IMG/VR virus record: IMGVR_UViG_3300006217_000025
Span: 14,347-78,346 of that record
DNA from: a virus
Taxonomy: Duplodnaviria > Caudoviricetes
Reading direction: 5' to 3' (one strand)
DNA length: 64,000 nucleotides
This document shows, in pieces, positions 19,976 through 29,848 of the stretch. The notes under the pieces are model-generated. The model was given only the letters and a program-made list of their open reading frames with translations. It was not told where the DNA came from and did no database searches. The position numbers and the translations under genes are program-made. Positions within the stretch are counted from its first letter, which is position 1, and every line of letters begins with the position of its first letter.

Positions 19976-22525
19976 TTACTCAGATTTAAAACATTTGAGG
20001 AAACATTCTTTATTAACATCATATAAAGTTTTTAGCAATAATGGTCTATTTTTCTTTAAGTTGGAAAATATTTTTCCTTCCTGTGCCTTTACATTTGAGG
20101 TAATTAAGAATGCTCTATTAATCAACCAAGACATAAGTCCTATATAATTGTTAGAAATATATGTCTTTTTGATTTTTTCTACCATTTCATAAAAATTTTC
20201 CATTAAAAGAATAGAATTTTCTTGATTCTTAGCTACCAACCAATAGTGCAATGAATATTCTTCTATTAATGCTTCAACCTTTTTAGATTTTCTTCTTGAT
20301 AATTCTAAAGGCTGTTGTACAAAAAAATAATCCATAGGTAATGTTTTTAAATTTGATCTAGATCTAGCGAATTCGATAGAGGAAAGATAATTCATAGGAC
20401 ATTGTAGATTTTTATTGATACTCGTACATAATGAAGCCTCTTTGCTCATTTTCTTAGCGTTTTTATCTCTTATTTTGCCAAAAAATAGGGGATATCCATT
20501 ATTTTCTACGTCTATATCTTTTTTAATGCGCCTTAATTCTTTATTTATATCAATATCAAAAGTGCGCTTGGCATTATCTATAGAACATTGAGCTAAAATC
20601 GCTAAAATGCATACATAATCTTGATATTTTTTATCAGTAAAGTTATAACAGTAACTCAAGCACAATTGAGCTAAGTTACTGGACTCTCCAATTGCTCGAC
20701 TCGCAGCAGCTAGCTTGTTGTCAATCAGAGCGAAATTAAGTAGAGTGTTTTCATATTTATTTGTTTCTTTAGGTATATTGTTGACAATTGTTGGATATCT
20801 GATAGAACATATTTTTGCATGATTAACAATTTCGTTATGGTTTGTCACAAAAAATACATCAGAATCAAAATCGCAACCATTTGCACGATCTTGAATATCA
20901 GTATGAAGCGTATTAACTGCTAAAATCATTTTTCCAAAATCAAAATATCTAAATAACTTATCATTATATACATTATGCAGATAACACAAATTATTGCGTC
21001 CGTTGAAAGGACTCCTAAATCCTGCTAAATATTCTCCATCATCAAATCTTCCCGTATAACATTGGGTACAATTAACTTCAGGACTAAAAGTATCATCGTT
21101 TTCAACATCTTCTCCGACTGCATGAAGTAGCATAGCATAAGGAGATCCAACTATTGTTAAATTATCCGCATTTTGCATTAATCTACCACTTTTTAAATTC
21201 TGCACATAAGAATAAATAATAGTTTTCTTTCTATCTCTATAATATTCACTGCGTGTAAACTCATAATCTTGTTCGCATAAAGCTACCAAAACCTCATAAT
21301 CATTAGAGAAATTAGCGTTCGCTTTAAGATACTTAATAAATTCAGCATCACTTGATTTTAATGTTTCGACATATACTTTGCTCATCTCAACTACGCTAGG
21401 CATAATATCCATGCTAAGTGCGTTAACCATCTGATAACTCATACGTTGAACAGAGCCGAGCTTAGATGGGTGTGCCGTCTTAACAATTCCGAACAAATTG
21501 CCGTTTTCATTGACTTTTTTACACCAATAATCATAAGAAACTTGGAATTTGAGCCATTTACATGCGTTATCCGTGGTTATTAACTTAATATCTTTAGCTA
21601 GATGCTCGTTGCCAAACATATCTATAACAATAGCTGTCTCATACTCATCTCCAAAATAGTCCTTAAAGAATAGCTGAATGTTTGTTTTGAAGCTTGCCAT
21701 TTTACAAAAATGATGTCGTAAGAGTATAAAACTATCAGCCCACTTAGGAAATATGGAACTATCAATGAGTGCTTGACCATCAAATAATGTGTTTTTAACC
21801 TTATAATTCTCAATTTCTCGCGCAATACACTCTTTATTAGTGTTTGTTTCAACTGAAATAGCCTTTGTCTCGAAGAAAGAATCAATATCTTTTAATATTA
21901 GAATATTCCTTGGATTTATCTTAATTTTTCCAATAATCGTGCTTGTGACTAGGGAAGAGTAGGCACCAATTTCAACAATAGGAGCATTCTTCTTTGGTAG
22001 CTTAATACCCATGCGAAGATAATCAAGCGCCTTTTTATATAACTTTTCATTAATGAACATACAAGCACCATTTTTAGCCTTTCCGGGAGTTCGATATAGC
22101 ATTTTGTAGTGTATTTTCTTTGTGTAGTTGTGTGATTTATAATATATCGTTACTCCATTTTGGTAAAAATCTTTTCGTATTTCATCCGCTGAAAGTTCAA
22201 TAAATTGATCTTGCTTAGCTTCTGCTTCTTCCATAACCTGCCGTAGTCTATCTTTATATTTTTCATCATCACTCATATCTATTAAACGCTGCATTTTCTT
22301 TTGATGGTTTTTGTAAGAGATGCTACCATAGTCAAAGTTAATGCAAATAATGTCACGAGTTGATGTATCTTTATAGACCTCAAACCTAGTTGTATAAAGG
22401 TAATCAAGGAATAAACTGTTTGTTAGCATTGCGTCCTTCATATCATAATTATTTCTAACGCCACAGTTGTATTCATAGATAGAACCTGCTTGAAAATTCT
22501 TTATTTTTAATCCGTACTTACCCAT
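19976..22525 (-). CDS. YonO-like single-subunit RNA polymerase (eukaryotic RdRP-related double-psi barrel)
   Basis: 849 aa; FRSP and GCDFDSD catalytic-type motif; next to HU as in SPbeta. Confidence 0.8.
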   Translation of the reverse strand: MGKYGLKIKNFQAGSIYEYNCGVRNNYDMKDAMLTNSLFLDYLYTTRFEVYKDTSTRDIICINFDYGSISYKNHQKKMQRLIDMSDDEKYKDRLRQVMEEAEAKQDQFIELSADEIRKDFYQNGVTIYYKSHNYTKKIHYKMLYRTPGKAKNGACMFINEKLYKKALDYLRMGIKLPKKNAPIVEIGAYSSLVTSTIIGKIKINPRNILILKDIDSFFETKAISVETNTNKECIAREIENYKVKNTLFDGQALIDSSIFPKWADSFILLRHHFCKMASFKTNIQLFFKDYFGDEYETAIVIDMFGNEHLAKDIKLITTDNACKWLKFQVSYDYWCKKVNENGNLFGIVKTAHPSKLGSVQRMSYQMVNALSMDIMPSVVEMSKVYVETLKSSDAEFIKYLKANANFSNDYEVLVALCEQDYEFTRSEYYRDRKKTIIYSYVQNLKSGRLMQNADNLTIVGSPYAMLLHAVGEDVENDDTFSPEVNCTQCYTGRFDDGEYLAGFRSPFNGRNNLCYLHNVYNDKLFRYFDFGKMILAVNTLHTDIQDRANGCDFDSDVFFVTNHNEIVNHAKICSIRYPTIVNNIPKETNKYENTLLNFALIDNKLAAASRAIGESSNLAQLCLSYCYNFTDKKYQDYVCILAILAQCSIDNAKRTFDIDINKELRRIKKDIDVENNGYPLFFGKIRDKNAKKMSKEASLCTSINKNLQCPMNYLSSIEFARSRSNLKTLPMDYFFVQQPLELSRRKSKKVEALIEEYSLHYWLVAKNQENSILLMENFYEMVEKIKKTYISNNYIGLMSWLINRAFLITSNVKAQEGKIFSNLKKNRPLLLKTLYDVNKECFLKCFKSE

Positions 22526-22670
22526 TTAAGTAGATAGCATCCTCAAGTTTCTATCTTTCTTATATGCAATTTTCTTATTTTTTAATATCTGTACCACCAC
22601 CTCTACAACTATAATTATATCATTTAACAGAATTTTTGTTTAGTTAAATGGGCAAAATATTCTATTAAAA

Positions 22671-23603
22671 TTAAATTTTTATTCCTTTTTGTCTAAATAA
22701 TTCTAAATCTAGAATATTAGGGGTAAAGAAACGATTATTTTCTGTGGCCAATCGTTGTTTCTTTAATTGAGCTTCGTTATAGTCTTTACAATCTTGAGCA
22801 AGCACCTCAAGTTCTTCTAATGGATATTCCTTTCCTTGCTTTAACCAGCGATATTTCATTGTAATTGATCTGTCTCTGTCCGCTGTGTTATTACGGGTTT
22901 TGATTTTATATTTAGTATGCTTCTCAATATATTCCTTTAATAAATCCTCATTTTCTTTGTCGCAATACCATGATGAATAATTGAATAAACAGCCGTTATA
23001 TACAAATGGCTTAATTTTGATGATTGAAATAACACCCAACTCCTTTAACTTATTCATTCTGTTTGACAATGTTGAACTAGAAACATTAAATAACTTAGTC
23101 ATCTTATCAGTTGACATACTGTTGAATTTATATGCTAGTTTATTTTCTTTAAATTCATTTTCATAAAATCCTCTATAGGAGCCTTTTAAAAAGCAATATA
23201 ATCTCAATAGAGAACACCCACTATTAAAACTTGAATCGCTCATAATCTTTATAAATACTTTATCACATGGTATGTTTACAAATTTTTTATTATTAAATGG
23301 AGCAATATTTTCAACATTTAATAGATATGAGTTTCCAAAGGTTTGATTAATCGTGATATATTTTTTTTCTTCTAAAGATTTTAAAAGTGATTTAATACAC
23401 TCTCTTAAACGGCTCGTTGGCTTTTGTTGAAGTATCAATAGCAAAGTATCAATATGAAGTGGCATATTTTTAAACCATGGATTGTCTTTATCATTTTGAA
23501 TAGACCCCGAATAAATTCTAATAGAAGCAATTACACAAAGTTCCTCATCTGTAATGTTTTTATTTTCATATTCTGCTTTATATAAGCTAATTGTTTTATT
23601 CAT
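22671..23603 (-). CDS. Replication-initiator-like winged-helix protein
   Basis: AAGGAG SD before ATG 23603; internal HTH-like segment (STDKMTKLFNVSSSTLSNRMNKLKELGVI); origin-like hairpins adjacent. Confidence 0.5.
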   Translation of the reverse strand: MNKTISLYKAEYENKNITDEELCVIASIRIYSGSIQNDKDNPWFKNMPLHIDTLLLILQQKPTSRLRECIKSLLKSLEEKKYITINQTFGNSYLLNVENIAPFNNKKFVNIPCDKVFIKIMSDSSFNSGCSLLRLYCFLKGSYRGFYENEFKENKLAYKFNSMSTDKMTKLFNVSSSTLSNRMNKLKELGVISIIKIKPFVYNGCLFNYSSWYCDKENEDLLKEYIEKHTKYKIKTRNNTADRDRSITMKYRWLKQGKEYPLEELEVLAQDCKDYNEAQLKKQRLATENNRFFTPNILDLELFRQKGIKI

Positions 23604-23689
23604 TTTAGTTCTCCTTGTTTTAGCTAGTTCACTTTTAGGTATAGTGACATGCACTATACAAATTTAATTTTATATTACATTTTTACTAG

Positions 23690-23980
23690 TGTAATAATAT
23701 AATAATACTATATATATATTAATATTAAATATAAAGAAGATATAATAAATTATATCTTCTCAACGACTACCCTGCGGAGCCGTTGAACAAAAGGGGAGTT
23801 CCCCTTATACCCCCATCATTAATTGAGTGGGGATAAATCCCCAACCCCCTATATCTAACATCTCGCAAGACTCGATGTTAGTTAACTTTCATTTTTTCAC
23901 TAAAGTTCAAAAATTCAAGTTAAATATAAGAAACTACTTAAAATCACAAACGAGAAGGGACAAGTCCCTTACACCCTAAA
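23690..23980. repeat. Putative replication origin: AT-rich tract plus three GGGG/CCCC hairpin repeats
   Basis: AAGGGG-AGTT-CCCCTT-ATACCCC (23791), GGGGA-TAAA-TCCCC-AACCCC (23829), AAGGGA-CAAG-TCCCTT-ACACCC (23955). Confidence 0.55.
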
Positions 23981-24129
23981 TTGAAGACAAAAAAATACAC
24001 CCCTTAATTGATCAATACTTTACTTGCAAATCTATGTATCATAAATTTACAAAATAGGGGATAGATACCTTTTATTATATCAAGTGTTTTATTGTACCGG
24101 TATCTTAATTACAATTCACTTAAATAGAT

Positions 24130-24510
24130 TTATAACCAACGTATATCTAATGTACAGTTGGTATTTTTTGCTTTAACTAAAAGTTTATCAACAACTTTTC
24201 TTGTTATACCTAATGATAACGAACATTGATTTTTATTTTTAAATGTCATCACTAGTTTGTTGTTTATATAATACCCGATTTTATCAGTTTTTAAGGGTAT
24301 TACTGGTTCTGTTGGTATAACTAGATAATCACTTGGTTCTTTTTCAACCAATACATATTTATCTTCAAATATAGGATTGGAATCTATCCAATTTTCTAAT
24401 TGAGATAAATTTAATCCTAATATTGAGAGTAGTTCGTCTGTCGAGATTTCTCCACAAACATTACAATAATTATCCTTGTCTAAACATAGGAATACTTGAT
24501 CTTTTTTCAC
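24130..24510 (-). CDS. Hypothetical protein, possible DNA-binding C-terminus
   Basis: GGAGG SD; preceded by TTTACA-17-TATAAT. Confidence 0.55.
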   Translation of the reverse strand: MKKDQVFLCLDKDNYCNVCGEISTDELLSILGLNLSQLENWIDSNPIFEDKYVLVEKEPSDYLVIPTEPVIPLKTDKIGYYINNKLVMTFKNKNQCSLSLGITRKVVDKLLVKAKNTNCTLDIRWL

Positions 24511-24570
24511 TATTGTGCCTCCTTTTTAAATGGAATGTTTCGACCTCTAACGGTCAAATAATTCTATTAA

Positions 24571-24599
24571 AATTATAACACATTTCGTTGATTTGTAAA
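24571..24599 (-). promoter_or_regulatory. Sigma-A type promoter
   Basis: Minus strand TTTACA-N17-TATAAT. Confidence 0.6.
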
Positions 24600-25093
24600 G
24601 GATTATTTGTATGTTTTTCGATGTCGATTTCGATGTTCTTTCGTTAAATTTATAGCCTATAGTTATCCTTTCTTAATAAAATGGCTTTTGGTTTTAAACC
24701 ACCCCCACCCATAAAATCGCATTTTCCGTATTTGATATAATACGATTGCAATTTAAAAAACCAATATGCATTCACTAAATTAGTTGCGTGTTGTCGGTAA
24801 ATCTAAATTGTAATAATTTGAACGGAAAACAAAAGTAACATAAAAAAACGTTCACCAACTGAACCGATATATATAGTATTCTGTTCAATATCTATCATTC
24901 TAGCTAAAGCTAGCGTGATAACACAAGTACATTAAAAATAGAATAGTCATAAATTGGTATACGCTATGCACTTATTATCATGAATAGTAATTGTATAGGG
25001 TATACCAATATCCAAATAAAAAAATAAAGGTAGTTGCTTGTTACTACCTAACTAAAAAGAAAAAAACAAGTGGAGTACAAGAAAGGAAACATT

Positions 25094-25951
25094 ATGACAA
25101 AAACATTTACAAGTATTGAAAATTTCGATTTGAAAAAAATCGGGAAAGAACTTCAAAAGCTAGAAATTGTAAAAGCTGAGCGCTTAGAAAATTCAAAGGA
25201 ATTACAGCAGAAGGCTATTGCCTTATTGCAAAATGACTTTGCCGATAAATTCAAAGGAATTTCAACCAATCGGCAGGAAGCTATTAACTTATGGATTGCG
25301 TTAAATTATGATTTAGAAACAAATAGCGCACTAAAAAGAACGTTGTTGAAACTTGCTAAAACTAGCGATGAAACAAGCGTTATCATCAAAATTAGTAACG
25401 CTAGTAACGTTTATCTAAGAGAGAAAAACAAAAAAACGCTTGATTTTATCAAGGTATTATCAAGTAATCTTGTCACAAAAACCGAGGTAAATAACAATCT
25501 TGAAAAGTTAGGATTGCACTTAACAGATGTTCAAATTAAGGCGCTACAAAATGAATTTGTAAGAATTTCTATGGGCAAAGTGGATAAAGCGAACGGTAAA
25601 CGAGCATTATTTAAAGTTCTAACAACAGCCTTACAAAACGCAAACGCCTTACCAGTGACAAAAGTGTTCAATATTGACTTGAGTAGTCTAAAACAAATTA
25701 TCTTAATTGATGAAGAAGAAATTTCGACAGATAACGGACGCCCACAATATGCCGGGGATAAAATTCAGATGTTCCAAAAAATGCAATGGCTAAAACCTGA
25801 AAAATTTGATGCCATTGATTTAGAAGACAATAACAGCGTAACAAAATACATAAATAACTGTCTAAATATGTGTGCCATTTTGAATGAAAATGAGCAGAAA
25901 GCCTTTGCAACCTTAATTGCAAGGGTAACAGAAAAAGAAAAAGGGGAATAA
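25094..25951 (+). CDS. Orphan hypothetical protein, first gene of the plus-strand arm
   Basis: AAAGGA SD before ATG 25094; followed by terminator-like hairpin and T run. Confidence 0.65.
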   Translation: MTKTFTSIENFDLKKIGKELQKLEIVKAERLENSKELQQKAIALLQNDFADKFKGISTNRQEAINLWIALNYDLETNSALKRTLLKLAKTSDETSVIIKISNASNVYLREKNKKTLDFIKVLSSNLVTKTEVNNNLEKLGLHLTDVQIKALQNEFVRISMGKVDKANGKRALFKVLTTALQNANALPVTKVFNIDLSSLKQIILIDEEEISTDNGRPQYAGDKIQMFQKMQWLKPEKFDAIDLEDNNSVTKYINNCLNMCAILNENEQKAFATLIARVTEKEKGE

Positions 25952-26084
25952 TTCCCTTTTTTCTTTATTTTTATAATTTTTATTTTTTTATAGCTTTTAG
26001 GAAAATCTGCTTTGGAGGATTTTTTTCTGTACTAGCGGACTTTTCTAAAAGGTGCAAAAAAATTGTGCCAAATCATGAAAAGAA

Positions 26085-26157
26085 GCATTCTATCTAAAAA
26101 ATAGCGTGCTGTTTTCATGAACCATTTAAGGCGCATTCTACCTAAAAATAGCGTGCG
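26085..26157 (+). repeat. Imperfect 25-bp direct repeat
   Basis: GCATTCTATCTAAAAAATAGCGTGC and GCATTCTACCTAAAAATAGCGTGC. Confidence 0.65.
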
Positions 26158-26229
26158 TAACAACAAGCACTTTGACAACAATATACATAACAAGACTATT
26201 TTATACGACACTAGCATTATACTTGTATA

Positions 26230-26960
26230 GTCTGAAAATGTTATGAAACATGAAACCTTGCTATGCGTTCACTGTCTGTTTAAAAAGGCATGCGACTGAT
26301 ACACCATGAGTACGCCTTTATTTAAGATATAACGAAAAGTATTGAGAATTGTTTTAGTATATCTAGGAAGCGCCCAAAATATACTAGAAGATAGTAGATT
26401 GTAGTTAAGCAGTCATGAGATCATAAAGGATAGACTATGTTTTTATAATGATATAGCATATACTATGGTTAAGTGAATTATCCTATTGATAGGGTAAGTG
26501 TATTTATATGTGTTCAATCCGACGGAAAATTGTATAAGGTGGGATTATACCCATACCATACAATGAGGGTGTATATATTTAGGTATTTTCTAAATGTGCA
26601 TTGTGGCGAGAGCTAGGAGTAAAAGACCCTTGAAGGGCTAGTATGATGGCTAGCATAGGCTTTGGAACAGAGAAAAACCTTCAAGACAAGAGAACACAAT
26701 GTGAAATAAACGGCATAGCCTTTCATCAGCTTTTTTGCGATCCTTAGAATGTGTAAGTTAAGAGGAACAACTAAGACAAAACTAAAAGGGGCTATAGTGA
26801 GGGGTGGGTAATGACTCCCTAAGGATTGTTCCTTCTATTTTAATATCATATAGTGATTATTATATGGTATTAAGCTAGAAATAGCTATAAAATTAGAGTG
26901 GTTGATAATTATTTGCTTTAAAATGGCAAGAAATTTTATAAAAGTAACTCTAATTTTATT
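26230..26960 (+). ncRNA. Candidate large structured non-coding RNA
   Basis: About 750 nt with no ORF and at least 7 perfect helices of 7-13 bp; TTGACA at 26172. Confidence 0.45.
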
Positions 26961-27012
26961 AAAATTGTCTATATGTATATATGAGAAGAAGTGAGCAAGA
27001 GGAGAATATTAA

Positions 27013-27315
27013 ATGAGAGTATTAATGATAGACATTGAATACACAAAAACAGACTCAAATGGAGTCTATGATAAAATCAAGTTTTTTAAAAATGAAAAAC
27101 AAGTTTATGATTGCTTGTATTCACTTTTGAAAAATGAAAATACAAAAGAAATCAAAAGTTTTGAAGTCCTATGGTTTGTCAATCCATTTGAATGGATTAC
27201 TTATACGTGGGACGGGAAAAGTTTGAAAAATAAATATGGACGGACGCTGATGCAGGATAAAAACAGCATCAGTCGTTGTGAATATGACTATGAATGTTCA
27301 ATAAAATATAAATAG
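27013..27315 (+). CDS. Hypothetical protein
   Basis: GAGGAG SD, 100 aa. Confidence 0.6.
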   Translation: MRVLMIDIEYTKTDSNGVYDKIKFFKNEKQVYDCLYSLLKNENTKEIKSFEVLWFVNPFEWITYTWDGKSLKNKYGRTLMQDKNSISRCEYDYECSIKYK

Positions 27316-27326
27316 GAGGAAAAGAA

Positions 27327-27659
27327 ATGAAAAATTTAAGAGAGGGAATTATTAACGCGACACCACACACAATCAATGTGGTAAATGAACAAATGGAAAT
27401 AGTGGCTACTTTTGAGCCGTCTATTTCTGTACGGGTAGCAAGTACTACTCAAATAGTAGGAGAAATTTGTGGTATCCCACTAGATACCACTGTGTTTGGT
27501 GAAGTGGAAGGGTTGCCTAAATATCGAGAAGACGTTTACTATATTGTAAGCCGTCTTGTAAAATCGGCTTTACCTGATCGCAAAGATTTACTTTGCCCAG
27601 GGCAACAAGTCCGCAATGAAACTGGACAAGTTATAGGCTGTAAATCTCTATCTTTATAG
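27327..27659 (+). CDS. Conserved phage hypothetical protein
   Basis: AGGAGG SD; N.TPH...IVS.LV..A..R.DL pattern; terminator AGGCATAG/CTATGCCT follows. Confidence 0.65.
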   Translation: MKNLREGIINATPHTINVVNEQMEIVATFEPSISVRVASTTQIVGEICGIPLDTTVFGEVEGLPKYREDVYYIVSRLVKSALPDRKDLLCPGQQVRNETGQVIGCKSLSL

Positions 27660-27787
27660 CCACAGTCTATAACTATTCATATAGGCATAGTATAATTCTA
27701 TGCCTTTTTATTATGGGGAAATTACGATTTGCATAGAAGCCATATTGAAAGTCAAGGGGACACTATGCATAAAAAGAAAGGAGTTTT

Positions 27788-27964
27788 ATGTTTTATCAAT
27801 ATATCATCAATGCCGTTTCAAAAGACAGCGTATTCGATACGCTAGAGGAAGCTATAGCCCATGCAAAAAGTGGGGATAAGATTTATCTCTATGAATGTGA
27901 AGGTGGATACGATTTTTGGAATACACTAATTGTTTCTACACAGCTAATCGTGGAGGTAGCATAG
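27788..27964 (+). CDS. Small hypothetical protein
   Basis: AAAGGAG SD, 58 aa, followed by AGCATAGC/GCTATGCT hairpin. Confidence 0.5.
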   Translation: MFYQYIINAVSKDSVFDTLEEAIAHAKSGDKIYLYECEGGYDFWNTLIVSTQLIVEVA

Positions 27965-28039
27965 CATAACGCTATGCTTTTTATTATACAAAGAAAGATG
28001 ACATCCATTTTGAAAATGGAAATTGAAAGGAGAGAGAAT

Positions 28040-28201
28040 ATGGAAAATTTATGTACAAGTTTAGCCTTACTTGCGATGATGGGGTTATGTATGATAGGAG
28101 TCTTAATTTGTCTTGGGAGTCTTTTATTATGCGACCTGATTTTTAAGACAAGTATAGGGCGAAGAACTTGTCGATGGTTTTTTAATGATGAAACCATGTA
28201 G
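28040..28201 (+). CDS. Small membrane peptide
   Basis: AAAGGAG SD; single hydrophobic segment. Confidence 0.5.
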   Translation: MENLCTSLALLAMMGLCMIGVLICLGSLLLCDLIFKTSIGRRTCRWFFNDETM

Positions 28202-28309
28202 TTTGAGAAAAGACAGAATATAGAGGGGTGGTTTAATAGTGCAACTTACAATTTAACTAGAATTAGGCACAATTTACAAAAAAATAAGGATAAAAAGGAG
28301 AAGATTAAA

Positions 28310-28744
28310 ATGTACAAACCATACGCTAGTTACAAATATTTAACGGATAAATTTGAAAAGAAAGATGTAAGAGAAAACTATTTGTTAAAATTTAGAAATA
28401 TGACAAATGGTACAGAAGTATTTTATTTGGTTCAAAGTGTTGCCGTCAGAGTAAGAGGCGGAGTGAATTCAAATTCAATGTGTTTGATTGATCAATATGG
28501 AGAAACAGTGAAGTTATCGTGTATGAATGATAATGGAAACATCGATAAACTTAACTTAGTTCTAACAGAAGCATATTCTCAAGTATTATGGGCTTGTTGC
28601 AAACATAGTACAATTGATTTATTCAATTCAACTCAAAGAGAATGCTTATATAAAAAAGACATTGTATTTATGACAACACAAGAAGCTTTAGATTATGTCC
28701 AACAAGTTGCATTAAGGAACAATAAACAAGTTGTCATTATTTAA
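28310..28744 (+). CDS. Hypothetical protein
   Basis: AAGGAG SD, 144 aa. Confidence 0.6.
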   Translation: MYKPYASYKYLTDKFEKKDVRENYLLKFRNMTNGTEVFYLVQSVAVRVRGGVNSNSMCLIDQYGETVKLSCMNDNGNIDKLNLVLTEAYSQVLWACCKHSTIDLFNSTQRECLYKKDIVFMTTQEALDYVQQVALRNNKQVVII

Positions 28745-28750
28745 TTTAGG

Positions 28751-28815
28751 AATAATCGAAACTAGGCAATCGCCTAGTCACGTAAGGGATAAGCTCCTGC
28801 GTCTGATGAGATAGC
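28751..28815 (+). ncRNA. Hammerhead ribozyme (type II topology)
   Basis: ATC-GAAA-CTAGGC/GCCTAG-TC|-ACGTAAGG/CCTGCGT-CTGATGA-GAT; all core residues present; predicted cleavage after C28779. Confidence 0.8.
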
Positions 28816-28843
28816 TTAAATAAAATCTAAGGAGGATAAAAGA

Positions 28844-29173
28844 ATGATTATTGTTAGAACAGCTCATCATGAGCTAAAAGAAATTGTAGAGGTTGAATAT
28901 AGAAAAAAGGGAGAATTTGAACATGGTTTCATTTTTTCTTTTACTAAACAAGGAGTACCTTTGTTTAATAATAAAGGAATTAAGAATTATAACATGTGCA
29001 TGACTTCCAATGACTATGTTTTCATTGGGGCACAAGTTAGAGTTAAGAGAATTTATCATAGAGCCATGGGAATCTGTCCAGAATGCGGACGATTATTAGA
29101 GTTACACCCAATTGGTGCGACAAAATGCAAATGTGGCTCACTTTATGATACAATTGGAAGAAAATTATTATAA
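28844..29173 (+). CDS. Hypothetical protein with C-terminal Zn ribbon
   Basis: CPECG...KCKCG; AAGGAGG SD. Confidence 0.6.
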   Translation: MIIVRTAHHELKEIVEVEYRKKGEFEHGFIFSFTKQGVPLFNNKGIKNYNMCMTSNDYVFIGAQVRVKRIYHRAMGICPECGRLLELHPIGATKCKCGSLYDTIGRKLL

Positions 29174-29225
29174 TTGGCTCTAAGATTCAAAAAAATGTAT
29201 ATATTAATATATGAAGGGGGATTTT

Positions 29226-29780
29226 ATGAATATAATTGTAAATGAAAACAAGGGGTTAGATGGCATTGAAATAGCTTTTGATATGAAGCCGTCAAATTCT
29301 ATTTTACATATCTTAAAAAGCCATGGGTTTAAATGGCATTTAAAAAAGAAGATTTGGTATGCTAAAAGAACTAAGGAAAGACAAGATGTAGTTAATGCCA
29401 TTGTGAATGGTAGCTATATAAAACGGAAAGAAAATGAACATAACATCAAAATAGGCGATTTATATTACATAAGTTGGGGATATAGCATGACTATAGTAGA
29501 TTTTTATCAAGTTATTAGTATATCTCCTAAAATGGTTACAATTATTCCTGTTTGTCCTGAAAAATATGAAATGACAGGAGGAGGCTATCAAGGAAGTTTT
29601 AAAATTAAAATTCCTAAAAAAATATTACCTTTTGATAGACATGATGTGTTTATCAAAGATCCATTGGGAATGCGTAAGAAAGTTGAAAAAATAAATAACG
29701 AAGACTGTTTCTATATTAAATCACATTTAGCAAAAAAGGTGAGAGAGGGGCAGTCTTTTTATTATGACAATATGGATTAA
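29226..29780 (+). CDS. Hypothetical protein
   Basis: GAAGGGGG SD before ATG 29226. Confidence 0.6.
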   Translation: MNIIVNENKGLDGIEIAFDMKPSNSILHILKSHGFKWHLKKKIWYAKRTKERQDVVNAIVNGSYIKRKENEHNIKIGDLYYISWGYSMTIVDFYQVISISPKMVTIIPVCPEKYEMTGGGYQGSFKIKIPKKILPFDRHDVFIKDPLGMRKKVEKINNEDCFYIKSHLAKKVREGQSFYYDNMD

Positions 29781-29848
29781 AAAATTAAATACTTTGAAGC
29801 GGACGAGCTAAATATGATGGATTGTTAAAGCAAATTTAAGGAGGAAAA

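Larger units (their letters stand above)
1..24510 (-). mobile_element. Large SPbeta-like phage arm (morphogenesis, tRNAs, HU, RNA polymerase, replication initiator)
   Basis: The order capsid-protease-portal-terminase-phosphoesterase-HU-RdRP-like RNAP matches the SPbeta yonB-yonO block as I recall it; all genes are co-directional. Confidence 0.8.

Noticed and set aside
29790-29835. Second hammerhead-like element
   Set aside because: Only weak resemblance (TTGAAGC, short AGC/GCT stem); the CUGANGA/GAAA core is not intact.
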